From assembly GCA_965227635.1 (NCBI GenBank), contig OZ245763.1, forward strand, positions 1,854,896 through 1,918,895: a stretch of 64,000 nt of DNA, written 5' to 3'. The stretch comes from an uncultured Pseudohongiella sp. (GTDB lineage: Bacteria > Pseudomonadota > Gammaproteobacteria > Pseudomonadales > Pseudohongiellaceae). Under the pieces are notes generated by a model. That model did no database searches and was not told where the DNA came from. It saw only the letters and a program-made list of their open reading frames with translations. Below, in pieces: positions 18,904 through 28,123 of the stretch (its first letter is position 1; the number at the start of each line of letters is the position of its first letter). The translations under genes were made by a program, and so were the position numbers.

Positions 18904-20109
18904 CTAGCGCCGATTCTGGATGGCGCGCCGGAATTCGCTCGGAGTTTGGTCCGTGGCGGCTTTGAAAGCGCGGTTAAACGGGCCTATGGAGTCGTAGCCT
19001 AGATCCAGCGCAATGCTCAATATTGGTTTGTCATCACAGGCTGTATCCGATAGGCGGTCTCGGGCATCCTTCACGCGCAGATCATTCAGCAAGCTGTTGA
19101 AATTTCGATAGCCGCGGGTCTGATTGATTAGCCGCCGCAGTCGATGTTCCGGGCAATTCAAATGCCTGGCCAGTTTTGAAATGGTCAGCCCGTTTTCGTG
19201 ATAACCGGACTGGGCAATAAAGGCATCGAGAGCTTGCGAAAGGCGCTGTTCTGCTGGCTGCAGATTCAATTGAGCATCGCCCGGATTTACCGGGTTGTCG
19301 CCAGAAGCGGGTCTGGCTTTGGTCTGTAAGTTGGTAGCCTCGCTTTCTTGAGTGAGCTTGCCGGGGTCGTAGCGCAAGCGGTACAGGCGAGACACGGAAA
19401 TGGTTACTACGAAAAGCAGGAACGTTGCATTGGCCAGACCGAAAACAGCTGTATTGCGATAACGCTCGTCAGCAAATTCAAAAATCAACAAGAGCGTGCT
19501 GTAGAGTGTAATGCCCAACACGACCATGATTCTGGCTCTGCGTCGTGTATCCAGCAAATCGTCAGCAAAACCTCGGTAGGCGATAAAAGCAGCATGGAGG
19601 ATCAATCCCAGGCTCACCGCATGTATGAGATCGTGCAGGAAGCTGTCGCCAGCCTGGATACCCAGCGCATAAACGTAGATCAGCGCCAGAATGCCGAGTA
19701 GTCCCTTAAGCGGTGTTGGCCACTTGTTCGGGTTAAAGTCGTCTTCAAAAAGGTGGCAGATCAGTAGCCAGAAAACAAAGGCAAAGGCATCGGTGAGCAG
19801 CAAGAGCACATTGCGGAACAAGCCATACTGATCATCAGGTATTGGCGCCGTCAACAGCACAAGGCCAGCGATGCTTAGTCCACAGGCCAACAATAGGTGT
19901 CGAAGTCTGGATGCCGGTTCACGTAACAGTAACCCGCCGATCAACAATAGTTGGCCGATCACCATCATGCGGATTAGTAGATCGAGCTGGCTCAGTAATG
20001 TTGAAGGGATCATTGCCGGGACGAATGGTTGCAAACGAGGAATAGAGGGCACCAACAAAAACGATAAAACAGCGATGCCTGGCTGAATCATGGTCTTCAG
20101 CCTCCGCAT
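18904..20109 (-). CDS. AraC-family regulator with N-terminal multi-pass membrane domain
   Basis: The N-terminal ~240 aa is hydrophobic with several TM segments. The C-terminus is an AraC HTH (LSIALDLGYDSIGPFNRAFKAATDQTPSEFRR). Confidence 0.8.
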   Translation of the reverse strand: MRRLKTMIQPGIAVLSFLLVPSIPRLQPFVPAMIPSTLLSQLDLLIRMMVIGQLLLIGGLLLREPASRLRHLLLACGLSIAGLVLLTAPIPDDQYGLFRNVLLLLTDAFAFVFWLLICHLFEDDFNPNKWPTPLKGLLGILALIYVYALGIQAGDSFLHDLIHAVSLGLILHAAFIAYRGFADDLLDTRRRARIMVVLGITLYSTLLLIFEFADERYRNTAVFGLANATFLLFVVTISVSRLYRLRYDPGKLTQESEATNLQTKARPASGDNPVNPGDAQLNLQPAEQRLSQALDAFIAQSGYHENGLTISKLARHLNCPEHRLRRLINQTRGYRNFNSLLNDLRVKDARDRLSDTACDDKPILSIALDLGYDSIGPFNRAFKAATDQTPSEFRRAIQNRR

Positions 20110-20121
20110 TCGTTACGGTCG

Positions 20122-20147
20122 TTATTTTACTATTTTATGAGTGTCCC
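20122..20147. repeat. Solo arm of the GGGGACACT element (subtype A)
   Basis: TTATTTTACTATTTTATGAGTGTCCC. No partner arm is nearby. Confidence 0.6.
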
Positions 20148-20191
20148 TTCATTCCCTCAATTTGACCGACACTCCACAATGGGGAAAGGAG

Positions 20192-20247
20192 AAAAAAGGG
20201 GTCAGAGTAAAAATACAGTACTGTATTTTTACTCTGACCCCTTTTTT
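20192..20247. terminator. Perfect 56-bp palindrome, probable bidirectional terminator
   Basis: AAAAAAGGGGTCAGAGTAAAAATACAGT|ACTGTATTTTTACTCTGACCCCTTTTTT. It lies 20 nt downstream of the stop of the pilin-like gene. Confidence 0.7.
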
Positions 20248-20267
20248 TCCTTTTTTATCGAGCGTCT

Positions 20268-20822
20268 TTATTCTTCTTCCAATTCTTCGCCTTCGCCTTC
20301 TCCCTCATCTTCGCCGTCTTTCGCGGCGCTGCAGGTCTCCGGCAAGTAGCGCCTGCCCAGGGCGTCTACTGTGACCACGTCCGCCACGCAGTCCCATTTG
20401 ATGGTGTCGTCGTCCTGGGCTCGTGCGATGAGCAGGAAGCCAGATTCTATGTCTTTAAATCGTGTCCCAAATTCTGTCATGTCTACCCGGGCCCTGAGCG
20501 TTCCGGTGCGTAATTTGTCTTCGGCAGGGACTCCCAACTCGCCTGCCCGGTAATCCATTCCGGTGAGGATGCCTTCCGGAATGAGGCTCAGGTTGATGTC
20601 CGCTTCTGTCTGCGGCATCTCGCCGTAAGTTTCGAAGTACTCTTCAATAATCGCTTGCTGCTCCAGTCCCAGATCAACGGCAGCGGCCACCGCGTCGTCG
20701 ATCCTGGCGTTGTGGTAAAAGCCAAAGGCAACGCCTAAAAGCACTGCTACTACCATGGGATAGACAACCATCTCGGAGGTTGTGAGCCCACTTTGCCGGT
20801 TTACTGTTTGCGGTTTTTTCAT
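20268..20822 (-). CDS. Type IV pilin-like protein with acidic C-terminal tail
   Basis: I prefer the start MKKPQTVNRQSG|LTTSEMVV (G at -1, E at +5). Hydrophobic alpha-1 helix, then WDC...LPETC disulfide-loop pattern, then KDGEDEGEGEGEELEEE. The 5' extension in the track (to 21011) is unlikely. Confidence 0.6.
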   Translation of the reverse strand: MKKPQTVNRQSGLTTSEMVVYPMVVAVLLGVAFGFYHNARIDDAVAAAVDLGLEQQAIIEEYFETYGEMPQTEADINLSLIPEGILTGMDYRAGELGVPAEDKLRTGTLRARVDMTEFGTRFKDIESGFLLIARAQDDDTIKWDCVADVVTVDALGRRYLPETCSAAKDGEDEGEGEGEELEEE

Positions 20823-21132
20823 CGAGCTGAATTCCAATTTTGCAGATGTTGAATTCCTGCAATATTGCAGGCGCACATCACCATGCAACTTTCGCACCCG
20901 AGCGCGAGGCCTTGCTTTGAAATGACTTCTGATTTCAATTTCTGCCAGTGAGCAGTTCCTGCTTAAACACCGATAAGGCTGGCGCCAGGCGCCACTGGTT
21001 AAGCTAGGCACAGTATTTGCTGCATAAATCTACATCTGGCTGTATCTGGCTTTTTTAGGCGATTTATCGCGTTAAAGCGCTCAGATTCGGTGCACTCTGC
21101 TGTTTTTAGTCTCAAAAAGGGGCGAGACTAGT

Positions 21133-21912
21133 ATGGAAACCTGGAACAATCTGGTCGACAAATTTGATCTCCTGCTAACGAAGTTCAAGTTCGCAAGTAC
21201 TGTGAAAATCGGGGGAAGAGAAATTTCTCCGGTGGTTATGGGCTTTGCGTTGATCGCTATCTGCATACCCATCTGGGGCTACCTGGAATTCGAAGGCGAT
21301 AACAAACTCATCGGTGCGCTGGTCGTTATCCTGATGGCCTGGGGCGTTGCCCAGTTGAGTGCGCTAGGTCTGGGTGACGGTTTCGGCGTGAAACCAGGCG
21401 ATTCCTCAACCGACAAATCCGTTGCATCTGGCGCCCTTTCCGGATCCTCCGAGTATTCCAACTCAATCGAGCATGCAGAGGATGCAAATGAAACTCAACT
21501 CGATCAGCAACAGCGGCTGGCCATATACGCATTCGCGGGTGTTGTGGCTGCATTAGTTGTCATCTACCTGGTAAGAAATTTTGGCCGTTATGAAAATCTG
21601 AATCACGAATTTCGCTTTAGGGAACTGGTCCAGTTAGTGGAGCCTGTTCAGGACACCATAGAGACTGCCCTGCTATCCGGCAGCGCCGCCGACATGGATT
21701 TTCTCGATAGCGGCGAAGCAGGCTTGCCCGATGAGGTGCTTGTTTCTGAAGACGCCCACGGCATTTCCGTCATCGACGGCATGATCATTGCGACATGGAT
21801 GACGGATGAGTCCGAACTGGATGGGGTGACCTATATCCTTACTCCAAAAATCGAGGGCGGAGAAGTTGAGTGGGCAACCACCGGGACTTGTGGCAGTAAA
21901 AACGCCTGCTAA
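21133..21912 (+). CDS. Membrane protein with C-terminal pilin-like domain
   Basis: Two N-terminal TM segments, a third TM (LAIYAFAGVVAALVVIYLV), then a pilin-like globular part ending ...EWATTGTCGSKNAC. Confidence 0.5.
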   Translation: METWNNLVDKFDLLLTKFKFASTVKIGGREISPVVMGFALIAICIPIWGYLEFEGDNKLIGALVVILMAWGVAQLSALGLGDGFGVKPGDSSTDKSVASGALSGSSEYSNSIEHAEDANETQLDQQQRLAIYAFAGVVAALVVIYLVRNFGRYENLNHEFRFRELVQLVEPVQDTIETALLSGSAADMDFLDSGEAGLPDEVLVSEDAHGISVIDGMIIATWMTDESELDGVTYILTPKIEGGEVEWATTGTCGSKNAC

Positions 21913-21984
21913 CCATCCAGCAATGCGATTAACAACGAATTTTTTACCTGAACAATCAGCCAAAAAAACTCAGGAGCAGCAGTA

Positions 21985-23022
21985 ATGACTGATCAATCGA
22001 TAAACCCTCTTGATTTGGTTAACCCGCTTGACCCGGTGGAACCCACATCACCCGAGGTGGGCCCCTCTGGCAAGCCATTAGTGCGCACCGAAGAAGGGAT
22101 CATCACCGAAGGCAGTAAAGTCGAATGGAACACGAAGAACATCCTCTTGGCTCTGCCGCAACCGCTTCTGGTGATGGGCTCAATGCTTCTGGCCGCCGCC
22201 ATTCTGGTAAACGAATGGGGAGGGGAGTACTACCGGGTGTGGACACTGGTTGTTGCAGTCTCTTCTACGCCTATACTGCTGATTGCTGAACGGTTTTGGG
22301 CAAAGAAGAAGTCCTGGCTGCTCAAGCCCGACGAATTGGCGGAAGACGTGTTCTGGATGGCCTCAGGCGGCCTGCTTTGGGGGCCAATCATTTCCGACCT
22401 GTATCGGACGCCGGTATCTGAAGGATTCCGGGCTATACGTGATATGTCTCCGCTGCAGATCCAATTTGAACCGACTACAGTGATGGGGCTGATTGGTGCT
22501 GCGCTGTTTATCCGACTATGTTCCAGCTTCCCCTATTACTGGCTGCATCGCATCCAGCATGAGTCACTGTTCTGGTGGCGTATGCACGCGACGCATCATC
22601 ACCTGACCAAATTGAGCGCCATGCGCGGCAACCGTACCCATCCGTTCGAATACCTGGCGCTCGGTCTCGGCACACCAATGGCGCTGGCCCTGATGGGTGC
22701 CAGCGATGAAGTGTTCATCGTGTCAGCAGCCTTCGGTATGTGGAATGGCAAATTTAACCACGCCAACCTGCCTATGGTCTCAATGCCCGTGTGGGACTGG
22801 TTCTTCGCTACCGCACAGCAGCACCATTGCCACCATGCAATAGAGCGCCGTCAGGCGGATTCCAACTACGGTTGTGACATCATTTTCTGGGACCGCGTCT
22901 TCGGTACTTACTGTGGCGATGCTGAAGTAGGAGCCGCTGGTGCGGGCAAGGGTGTTAGGCTATCCATCAAAGACCAACTCATGCTGGCGTTCTATTCCGA
23001 CGAGCGTCTCAAGAGTTTGTAG
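21985..23022 (+). CDS. Fatty-acid hydroxylase / sterol desaturase family membrane protein
   Basis: Histidine boxes HRIQHE, HATHHH and HHCHHA, with several TM segments. Confidence 0.8.
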   Translation: MTDQSINPLDLVNPLDPVEPTSPEVGPSGKPLVRTEEGIITEGSKVEWNTKNILLALPQPLLVMGSMLLAAAILVNEWGGEYYRVWTLVVAVSSTPILLIAERFWAKKKSWLLKPDELAEDVFWMASGGLLWGPIISDLYRTPVSEGFRAIRDMSPLQIQFEPTTVMGLIGAALFIRLCSSFPYYWLHRIQHESLFWWRMHATHHHLTKLSAMRGNRTHPFEYLALGLGTPMALALMGASDEVFIVSAAFGMWNGKFNHANLPMVSMPVWDWFFATAQQHHCHHAIERRQADSNYGCDIIFWDRVFGTYCGDAEVGAAGAGKGVRLSIKDQLMLAFYSDERLKSL

Positions 23023-23090
23023 GCGATTGATTAGTGCCGATCCCAGGGGATCCATTCAGCGGATCGACCTGGGATGGCTACCCCGGAATA

Positions 23091-23193
23091 GGGGACACTC
23101 ATAAAATAATAAAATAAAGAAGCTTAGTCGATTGATCGTCTGCATTTTCAGCATGGATTGCAGGCGTCATTTAACTATTTGATTAGTGTCCCC
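23091..23193. repeat. GGGGACACT inverted-repeat element (hybrid arms)
   Basis: The left arm GGGGACACTCATAAAATAATAAAATAAAG is subtype A. The right arm TTAACTATTTGATTAGTGTCCCC resembles the 33294 arm. It overlaps the last codons of the GST gene. Confidence 0.75.
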
Positions 23194-23825
23194 TCTTTTT
23201 TCATTTCTCCAGTCTGTTTTGCCATCACCCGAATAAAAAGTGGCAATTCCAGCAAAGACGTCAACCAGCGATTCAGATTCGGATATGGGCCCTGCGCAAA
23301 CCAGTCTTGATCGACCATCGAAAATTGCCGAACGAATGGAAAGATAGCTATGTCGGCAAATGTTATTTCTTGCCTTATCAGATAAGGTTGTTGTTTCAAC
23401 ACTGACTCAAGCTGTTCCAGATAGCCAGCACACTGACTACGGTAATATTCCTGGCTGTGTTCAGGGTGGCGGTCGGCGTATTTATAGCGATCCAGCCAGG
23501 TTTTAAATTCACCGTCGTTTTCACGAATCAGTTTTTGGCTGGTATTGAGCTCTTCTTGTGACAGCGAGACATACCAGTTGTCCGGATCATTCTGCTTTAG
23601 CGCCCACTGCATTATCTCCAGGCTTTCGTCTATCACCCTGTCGCCATCGACCAGCACAGGCACAGTGCCCTTGCTAGAGTACTCCAGCAAGGTCTGGGGT
23701 TTGTCCTTGAGTGAAACTTCTTCAAGCCGAATCGGGATATCAGCCGAATAGATAGCCATGCGAGCACGAATGGCATACGGGCAGCGGCGGAAAGAATACA
23801 GTAAGGGTAGGGAATCGAGGTTCAT
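23175..23825 (-). CDS. Glutathione S-transferase family protein
   Basis: Thioredoxin-like N-domain LYSFRRCPYAIRARMAI, followed by a GST C-terminal domain. I prefer the ATG at 23825, because the track GTG start at 23849 lies inside a repeat arm. Confidence 0.8.
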   Translation of the reverse strand: MNLDSLPLLYSFRRCPYAIRARMAIYSADIPIRLEEVSLKDKPQTLLEYSSKGTVPVLVDGDRVIDESLEIMQWALKQNDPDNWYVSLSQEELNTSQKLIRENDGEFKTWLDRYKYADRHPEHSQEYYRSQCAGYLEQLESVLKQQPYLIRQEITFADIAIFPFVRQFSMVDQDWFAQGPYPNLNRWLTSLLELPLFIRVMAKQTGEMKKEGTLIK

Positions 23826-23841
23826 AAGATCAGGGAAATTA

Positions 23842-23991
23842 GGGGACACTCATAAAATAATAAATTAAGGGCATTTAGTCGATGCGGAACGCTACTTGCC
23901 AACTTGCCCGGTCACTGAGTGGTAAATAGGTGGTTTTTATTTCGTGAGGGCTACCTGGCGTAGATTAATTTATTATTTTATGAGTGTCCCC
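23842..23991. repeat. GGGGACACT inverted-repeat element, subtype A (full copy, 150 bp)
   Basis: GGGGACACTCATAAAATAATAAATT ... AATTTATTATTTTATGAGTGTCCCC. Confidence 0.85.
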
Positions 23992-23995
23992 AACT

Positions 23996-24079
23996 CTATT
24001 TATTTCTTCCTGATGCTATGACAACTACTAGAACTGCTATACCTACGGCAACTATGCCACCGATTATCGCTGTGCTCAT
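23996..24079 (-). CDS. 27-aa hydrophobic small protein (single TM)
   Basis: MSTAIIGGIVAVGIAVLVVVIASGRNK, preceded by AAAGGAG with a 6-nt spacer. It falls below the 60-aa cutoff of the ORF track. Confidence 0.5.
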   Translation of the reverse strand: MSTAIIGGIVAVGIAVLVVVIASGRNK

Positions 24080-24162
24080 TTAACACTCCTTTTTGCGGCT
24101 TCTCGAAAAGCCAGAAAACTACCGTTCAATTCAAATTACTCTGACCCCTTTGATTACAAAGA

Positions 24163-24720
24163 TCAATCGTCCATTCGGAAGAACCACACATCCCTGGGTC
24201 CGTTGGCGGGCAAAGGAGGAAGCGTTCCGCCGAGGTTGCCACGCGCCCGGTCTTCCATCTTTGTCCGCAGCGCCAGGTTCACCTGTGGATCTTCGACTTT
24301 CACGAAGTTGGCCGGGTAGATCTTGCCGTCGACTCGTACCCTTGCCCGGCCATCTGCAACCGCATCCGTATGCCAGCGCTTGAAGGTATAGATCAGGTGG
24401 AGCATGCGTTTTGTGTTTCCAGGCTCGAGGCGATTCCAGATGAAACCCAGATCACAGGTCATATACGCCTTGCCCTCATGCATGAGGAAACCGGCAACCC
24501 GTGAGGTGCCGAAGCCGGTCAGTTCAAACTCCACTCGCTTGGCGTCTGTGCTGGTCCAGTCGAAGGGCTGGTCCATAATCTGACCCGTCCTGAACGGACC
24601 ACCTTGCATCGGCTCGACGGGGCCGTCCGAGAAACGCTGAATAGAGACCACTGCAGTGATAGCGGCGAGGATAAGGGCTGCGATTGCGATCGCGATGTAT
24701 TTGGAAATAGTGCGCACCAT
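24163..24720 (-). CDS. Hypothetical membrane-anchored protein
   Basis: 185-aa ORF with an N-terminal TM (YIAIAIAALILAAITAVVSI). I recognised no motif. Confidence 0.6.
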   Translation of the reverse strand: MVRTISKYIAIAIAALILAAITAVVSIQRFSDGPVEPMQGGPFRTGQIMDQPFDWTSTDAKRVEFELTGFGTSRVAGFLMHEGKAYMTCDLGFIWNRLEPGNTKRMLHLIYTFKRWHTDAVADGRARVRVDGKIYPANFVKVEDPQVNLALRTKMEDRARGNLGGTLPPLPANGPRDVWFFRMDD

Positions 24721-24776
24721 GTTGATTCTCTGGTTTAGATTTTCAAATTGGAGTTATCGGATCAGGGTTGTCTGCC

Positions 24777-25610
24777 TCAGACCCGAGGCAACCACATATT
24801 GGTCGTTGCGGAGTAAATCCCGATCGCCATGAAGGTAGTAAGACCGATAAGGACAATCGAAAAAAGCCACTGCTCTTTTGCTGAGGCCTTTCCCTGGACC
24901 CTGAAGTACCACTCAAGCATCGCGAGCGGCAGCAGGTACTGTGCAAAGTAGATGGTGATCACTGTCGGACCCGTGAACGTTTCGAAGTCGATGCCCACGC
25001 CGCCGGTCAGCATGACCCAGCCCATCAGGCCAATGCGGTAGAACCATACGGCGCTGGCCGCCATGAAGAGTCGCATGGCCCAGCGACGGTGAACGGCGAT
25101 GCGACCGCCGATCGCGTGGTAAACCGCGAGTGCGCTAAACGCAATGATTAGCAAGCCATCGCCCGAGATCGCGATGTGACCAGGCAGACCGCCAACGGTG
25201 CCTCGGGTCCAGACCATAAACAGGCCGCCAGTCGCACTAATCAGACAAGCAAAGACGTAGCAGCGCCCTAAAATCCGATGGAAACCGGGATAGTTTTTCC
25301 GGAGCGAAGGCAGCAGTTGCAATGGCCCGCCACCAATCACCACGGCGGCAATCAGGACGTGGCTGATCGCCGCGAGATTCCCCACCAGGTCCCCCTCTTT
25401 GAATCCATTGGGCAGGTGCATTCCTGCCAGGGCTTCCGTGCCATGCTGGGCAATGGGCGGATAAAAAACAGCGAGGATATAGGCAACAAAGATGAAGTGC
25501 CCGATAGCCGCGAGGATGTACCACGCAGTGACCGAGAATCGGACTCCCTGCGTTGCGGTCGGTATGCTCGGTGAGTCAGCGAGTGTTGATAAGGTGGTGG
25601 AGTGGTTCAT
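24777..25610 (-). CDS. Multi-pass membrane protein (DUF2306-like)
   Basis: About 6 TM segments. I prefer the start at MNHSTTLS (25610) over the track start 25736. The family call is from memory. Confidence 0.55.
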   Translation of the reverse strand: MNHSTTLSTLADSPSIPTATQGVRFSVTAWYILAAIGHFIFVAYILAVFYPPIAQHGTEALAGMHLPNGFKEGDLVGNLAAISHVLIAAVVIGGGPLQLLPSLRKNYPGFHRILGRCYVFACLISATGGLFMVWTRGTVGGLPGHIAISGDGLLIIAFSALAVYHAIGGRIAVHRRWAMRLFMAASAVWFYRIGLMGWVMLTGGVGIDFETFTGPTVITIYFAQYLLPLAMLEWYFRVQGKASAKEQWLFSIVLIGLTTFMAIGIYSATTNMWLPRV

Positions 25611-25768
25611 GTCAGTGCATCCATCTGCTTTAAGGTTTGCACAGTATGAATCGCGGCGGCAGGCAGTACATCGGCTCAGAGGCGGGGGCGCGCCTCCCCC
25701 AAAAGGGGGAGAGAGTCGATATTCGAGCTGAGCCACTGGTATGATGACGACGTGCGTGGGCGTGCTCT

Positions 25769-27043
25769 ATGGTGCGCCCTTTGAGACAAACAAGAGGCCA
25801 ATCGATGGCATCACTACCAATTCAGGGCAATGAAAACGATATCCACCGCACTCAATCGCGGATGTATGCCCTTGGTTTCTCCCGAGGCTGGTCGCCTTTA
25901 TTCGATCTATTGATCGCGATTTCCGCATTTCTCCTGACAATGCTTCTGTGGATCGTCAATAGTGATTCCATCCCGGAGCTAAGCGATTCACTGCAGACTC
26001 TACTGTTGACCATGGCAATAATCTCTGCCGTCAGCCTCCTTTGGCGTCAGCGTTTTCCTGTGCTGGTCCATCTTGTTGTTACCGCCTGCTTTGCCGTGAC
26101 TTCTTTTGGGCCGCTGGGTTACGGCGTGGTGGCGGCCGACTTCTCGTTGTACAGCCTGGGTCGCTACGCCCGCGATGAACGCGCCAGCCTGTTGGCGATG
26201 CTGCTCTTCCTCTTCGTGTTGAGCGTGGATGAGTTCTGGATGGGTGGTAATGTTGGCTTCAGTGCTTTTTTACAGCTCTTTCTGGGGGTCGCCATTTGGT
26301 ACACTGGTCAGAGACTGAAGTTGCGCAGTGAGCATCTGCGTTTGGTCGAGGAGCGCGCGCGAGATCTCGAAGAACGCAAGCATCTTGAAGCAGAACAGGC
26401 AGTCGCAGAAGAGCGCAGCCGCATCGCGCGGGAACTGCATGACATCGTCGCTCACCAGCTTAGCCTGATGACTGTACAGGCAGGGGCAGCCAAAACTGTC
26501 GCCAGGACGGATATCGAATCGGCCCTGAATGCGATGGAAGCCGTCGAACAAGCCGGGCGTCAGGCCTTGACCGAAATGCGTCACCTGTTGAATGTGCTTC
26601 GCACCACTGACGCCGGCGGTGAACTAGCGCCACAACCCGGCTGTGCTGATCTGGAAAAGCTGGCAGCGGAAGTTAGTGCAGCGGGTGTCGAGGTAGACCT
26701 CGATACACTCGATGCACTTGATACAGGGGGAGAACTTGAGAATCTGGCGCCACGGGTTGACCTCGCAGTCTATCGAATCGTTCAGGAAGCGCTGACCAAT
26801 GTCATGAAGCACGCTGGAGACAATGTAAAAGTGTCAGTTCGTGTGGCCGCAGGTGAAGAGGGTGTTGAGTTGTCAGTCTGTGACAACGGACGCGGCTCGG
26901 GCGACACCCCCGGACGTGGCTACGGAATAGAGGGTATGCGTGAGAGAGTGGCTTTGCTCGGCGGATGGCTAACAGCGGAAACGCCGTCATCAGGCGGTTT
27001 TGAAGTGCGTGCATTCCTGCCCTACGGAGAGTCGAGCGGATGA
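25769..27043 (+). CDS. Sensor histidine kinase, HisKA_3 (NarX/LiaS-like) type
   Basis: N-terminal TM segments. H-box RIARELHDIVAHQLS, N-box QEALTNVMKHA and DNGRG. The stop overlaps the start of the downstream regulator. Confidence 0.85.
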   Translation: MVRPLRQTRGQSMASLPIQGNENDIHRTQSRMYALGFSRGWSPLFDLLIAISAFLLTMLLWIVNSDSIPELSDSLQTLLLTMAIISAVSLLWRQRFPVLVHLVVTACFAVTSFGPLGYGVVAADFSLYSLGRYARDERASLLAMLLFLFVLSVDEFWMGGNVGFSAFLQLFLGVAIWYTGQRLKLRSEHLRLVEERARDLEERKHLEAEQAVAEERSRIARELHDIVAHQLSLMTVQAGAAKTVARTDIESALNAMEAVEQAGRQALTEMRHLLNVLRTTDAGGELAPQPGCADLEKLAAEVSAAGVEVDLDTLDALDTGGELENLAPRVDLAVYRIVQEALTNVMKHAGDNVKVSVRVAAGEEGVELSVCDNGRGSGDTPGRGYGIEGMRERVALLGGWLTAETPSSGGFEVRAFLPYGESSG

Positions 27044-27717
27044 CGCTGAGAGTAATCGTCGTTGACGATCAGGCACTAGTGCGACGCGGCTTTTCAATGG
27101 TTCTCGAACAGCAGAGCGATATCGAGGTCGTTGCTGAGGCGGGCACTGGTCTCGAGGCAATCGATGCCGTTCGCAAGCACAAACCGGATATCGTCCTGAT
27201 GGACATTCGCATGCCGGAACTCGATGGGCTCGAAGCAACAGAGCGCATCGTCGCAGAGAACGGAGAACAGACTCGCATCATCGTGCTCACCACGTTCGAT
27301 CCCGACGAGTACATCTATCGCGCACTGCGCGCTGGCGCCAGCGGATTCCTGTTAAAGGACATACCTCCTGAAGATCTGGTGGCCGCCGTTAGAGCAGTCG
27401 CTGAAGGAGGCGCGCTGCTCGCACCTGATATCACACGCAGGCTGATCACGAAGTTTGCGACCCAGAGCGACGCAAACCCGGAACTCGGCGAACGTATTGA
27501 GCGCCTGACAGAACGCGAGCGCGACGTGTTGGGCTGTATTGGCATTGGGTACAACAATCAGGAAGTCGCAACAGAGCTTGGTATTGGCGCGGCGACGGTG
27601 AAGACGCACGTATCGAGTGTGTTGTCTAAGCTGGGGTTGCGTGATCGGGCGCAGGCTGTGATTTTTGCTTATGAGAGTGGGTTGGTTAAAGTGGGTAGCT
27701 CCAGCGTTGGTTACTAG
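27040..27717 (+). CDS. Response regulator, NarL/LuxR family
   Basis: Receiver domain (VVDDQ, VLMDIRMPELDG) plus a LuxR HTH (LTERERDVLGCIGIGYNNQEVATELGIGAATVKTHVSSVLSKLG). ATGA coupling to the kinase gene. Confidence 0.9.
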   Translation: MTLRVIVVDDQALVRRGFSMVLEQQSDIEVVAEAGTGLEAIDAVRKHKPDIVLMDIRMPELDGLEATERIVAENGEQTRIIVLTTFDPDEYIYRALRAGASGFLLKDIPPEDLVAAVRAVAEGGALLAPDITRRLITKFATQSDANPELGERIERLTERERDVLGCIGIGYNNQEVATELGIGAATVKTHVSSVLSKLGLRDRAQAVIFAYESGLVKVGSSSVGY

Positions 27718-27758
27718 TCTTAGGAAGATTCAGACGAGGGATAGTTCATTTCAACCAA

Positions 27759-27834
27759 GGGGCTCTGATAACTTGGTGACTTATTAAGTCTAGAACGAAA
27801 TGCATCTCTAAGTTTCTAAGCTGTCAGTGTCCCC
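27759..27834. repeat. GGGGACACT inverted-repeat element, subtype B
   Basis: GGGGCTCTGATAACTTGGTGAC...TAAGCTGTCAGTGTCCCC. It sits where composition turns AT-rich. Confidence 0.8.
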
Positions 27835-28123
27835 AATTATCCTGACGCAATTTCCTGCAGCGTCATCTTTTATTTTGAATGTTCTTGTTGCCCGTTCCAA
27901 AACTGTCGGAGAGCCCAGGTCTCGGTCAGATCGTCTAATCCCTGGGATTACCTGTGGTTAAGCCACAGGTTCGCGCTAGAAATTCTGCGTTGCATCTAGT
28001 TCATATTAACCATTCCTTCAAAAAGTTCAATTCTTAGGCTTGAAAAGCATAAAAATGCCCTCATGTACCGGGAGGACTTGAAGATAATATGAAGTTTTCT
28101 AATCCCTGACGCCTTACGTTTAA

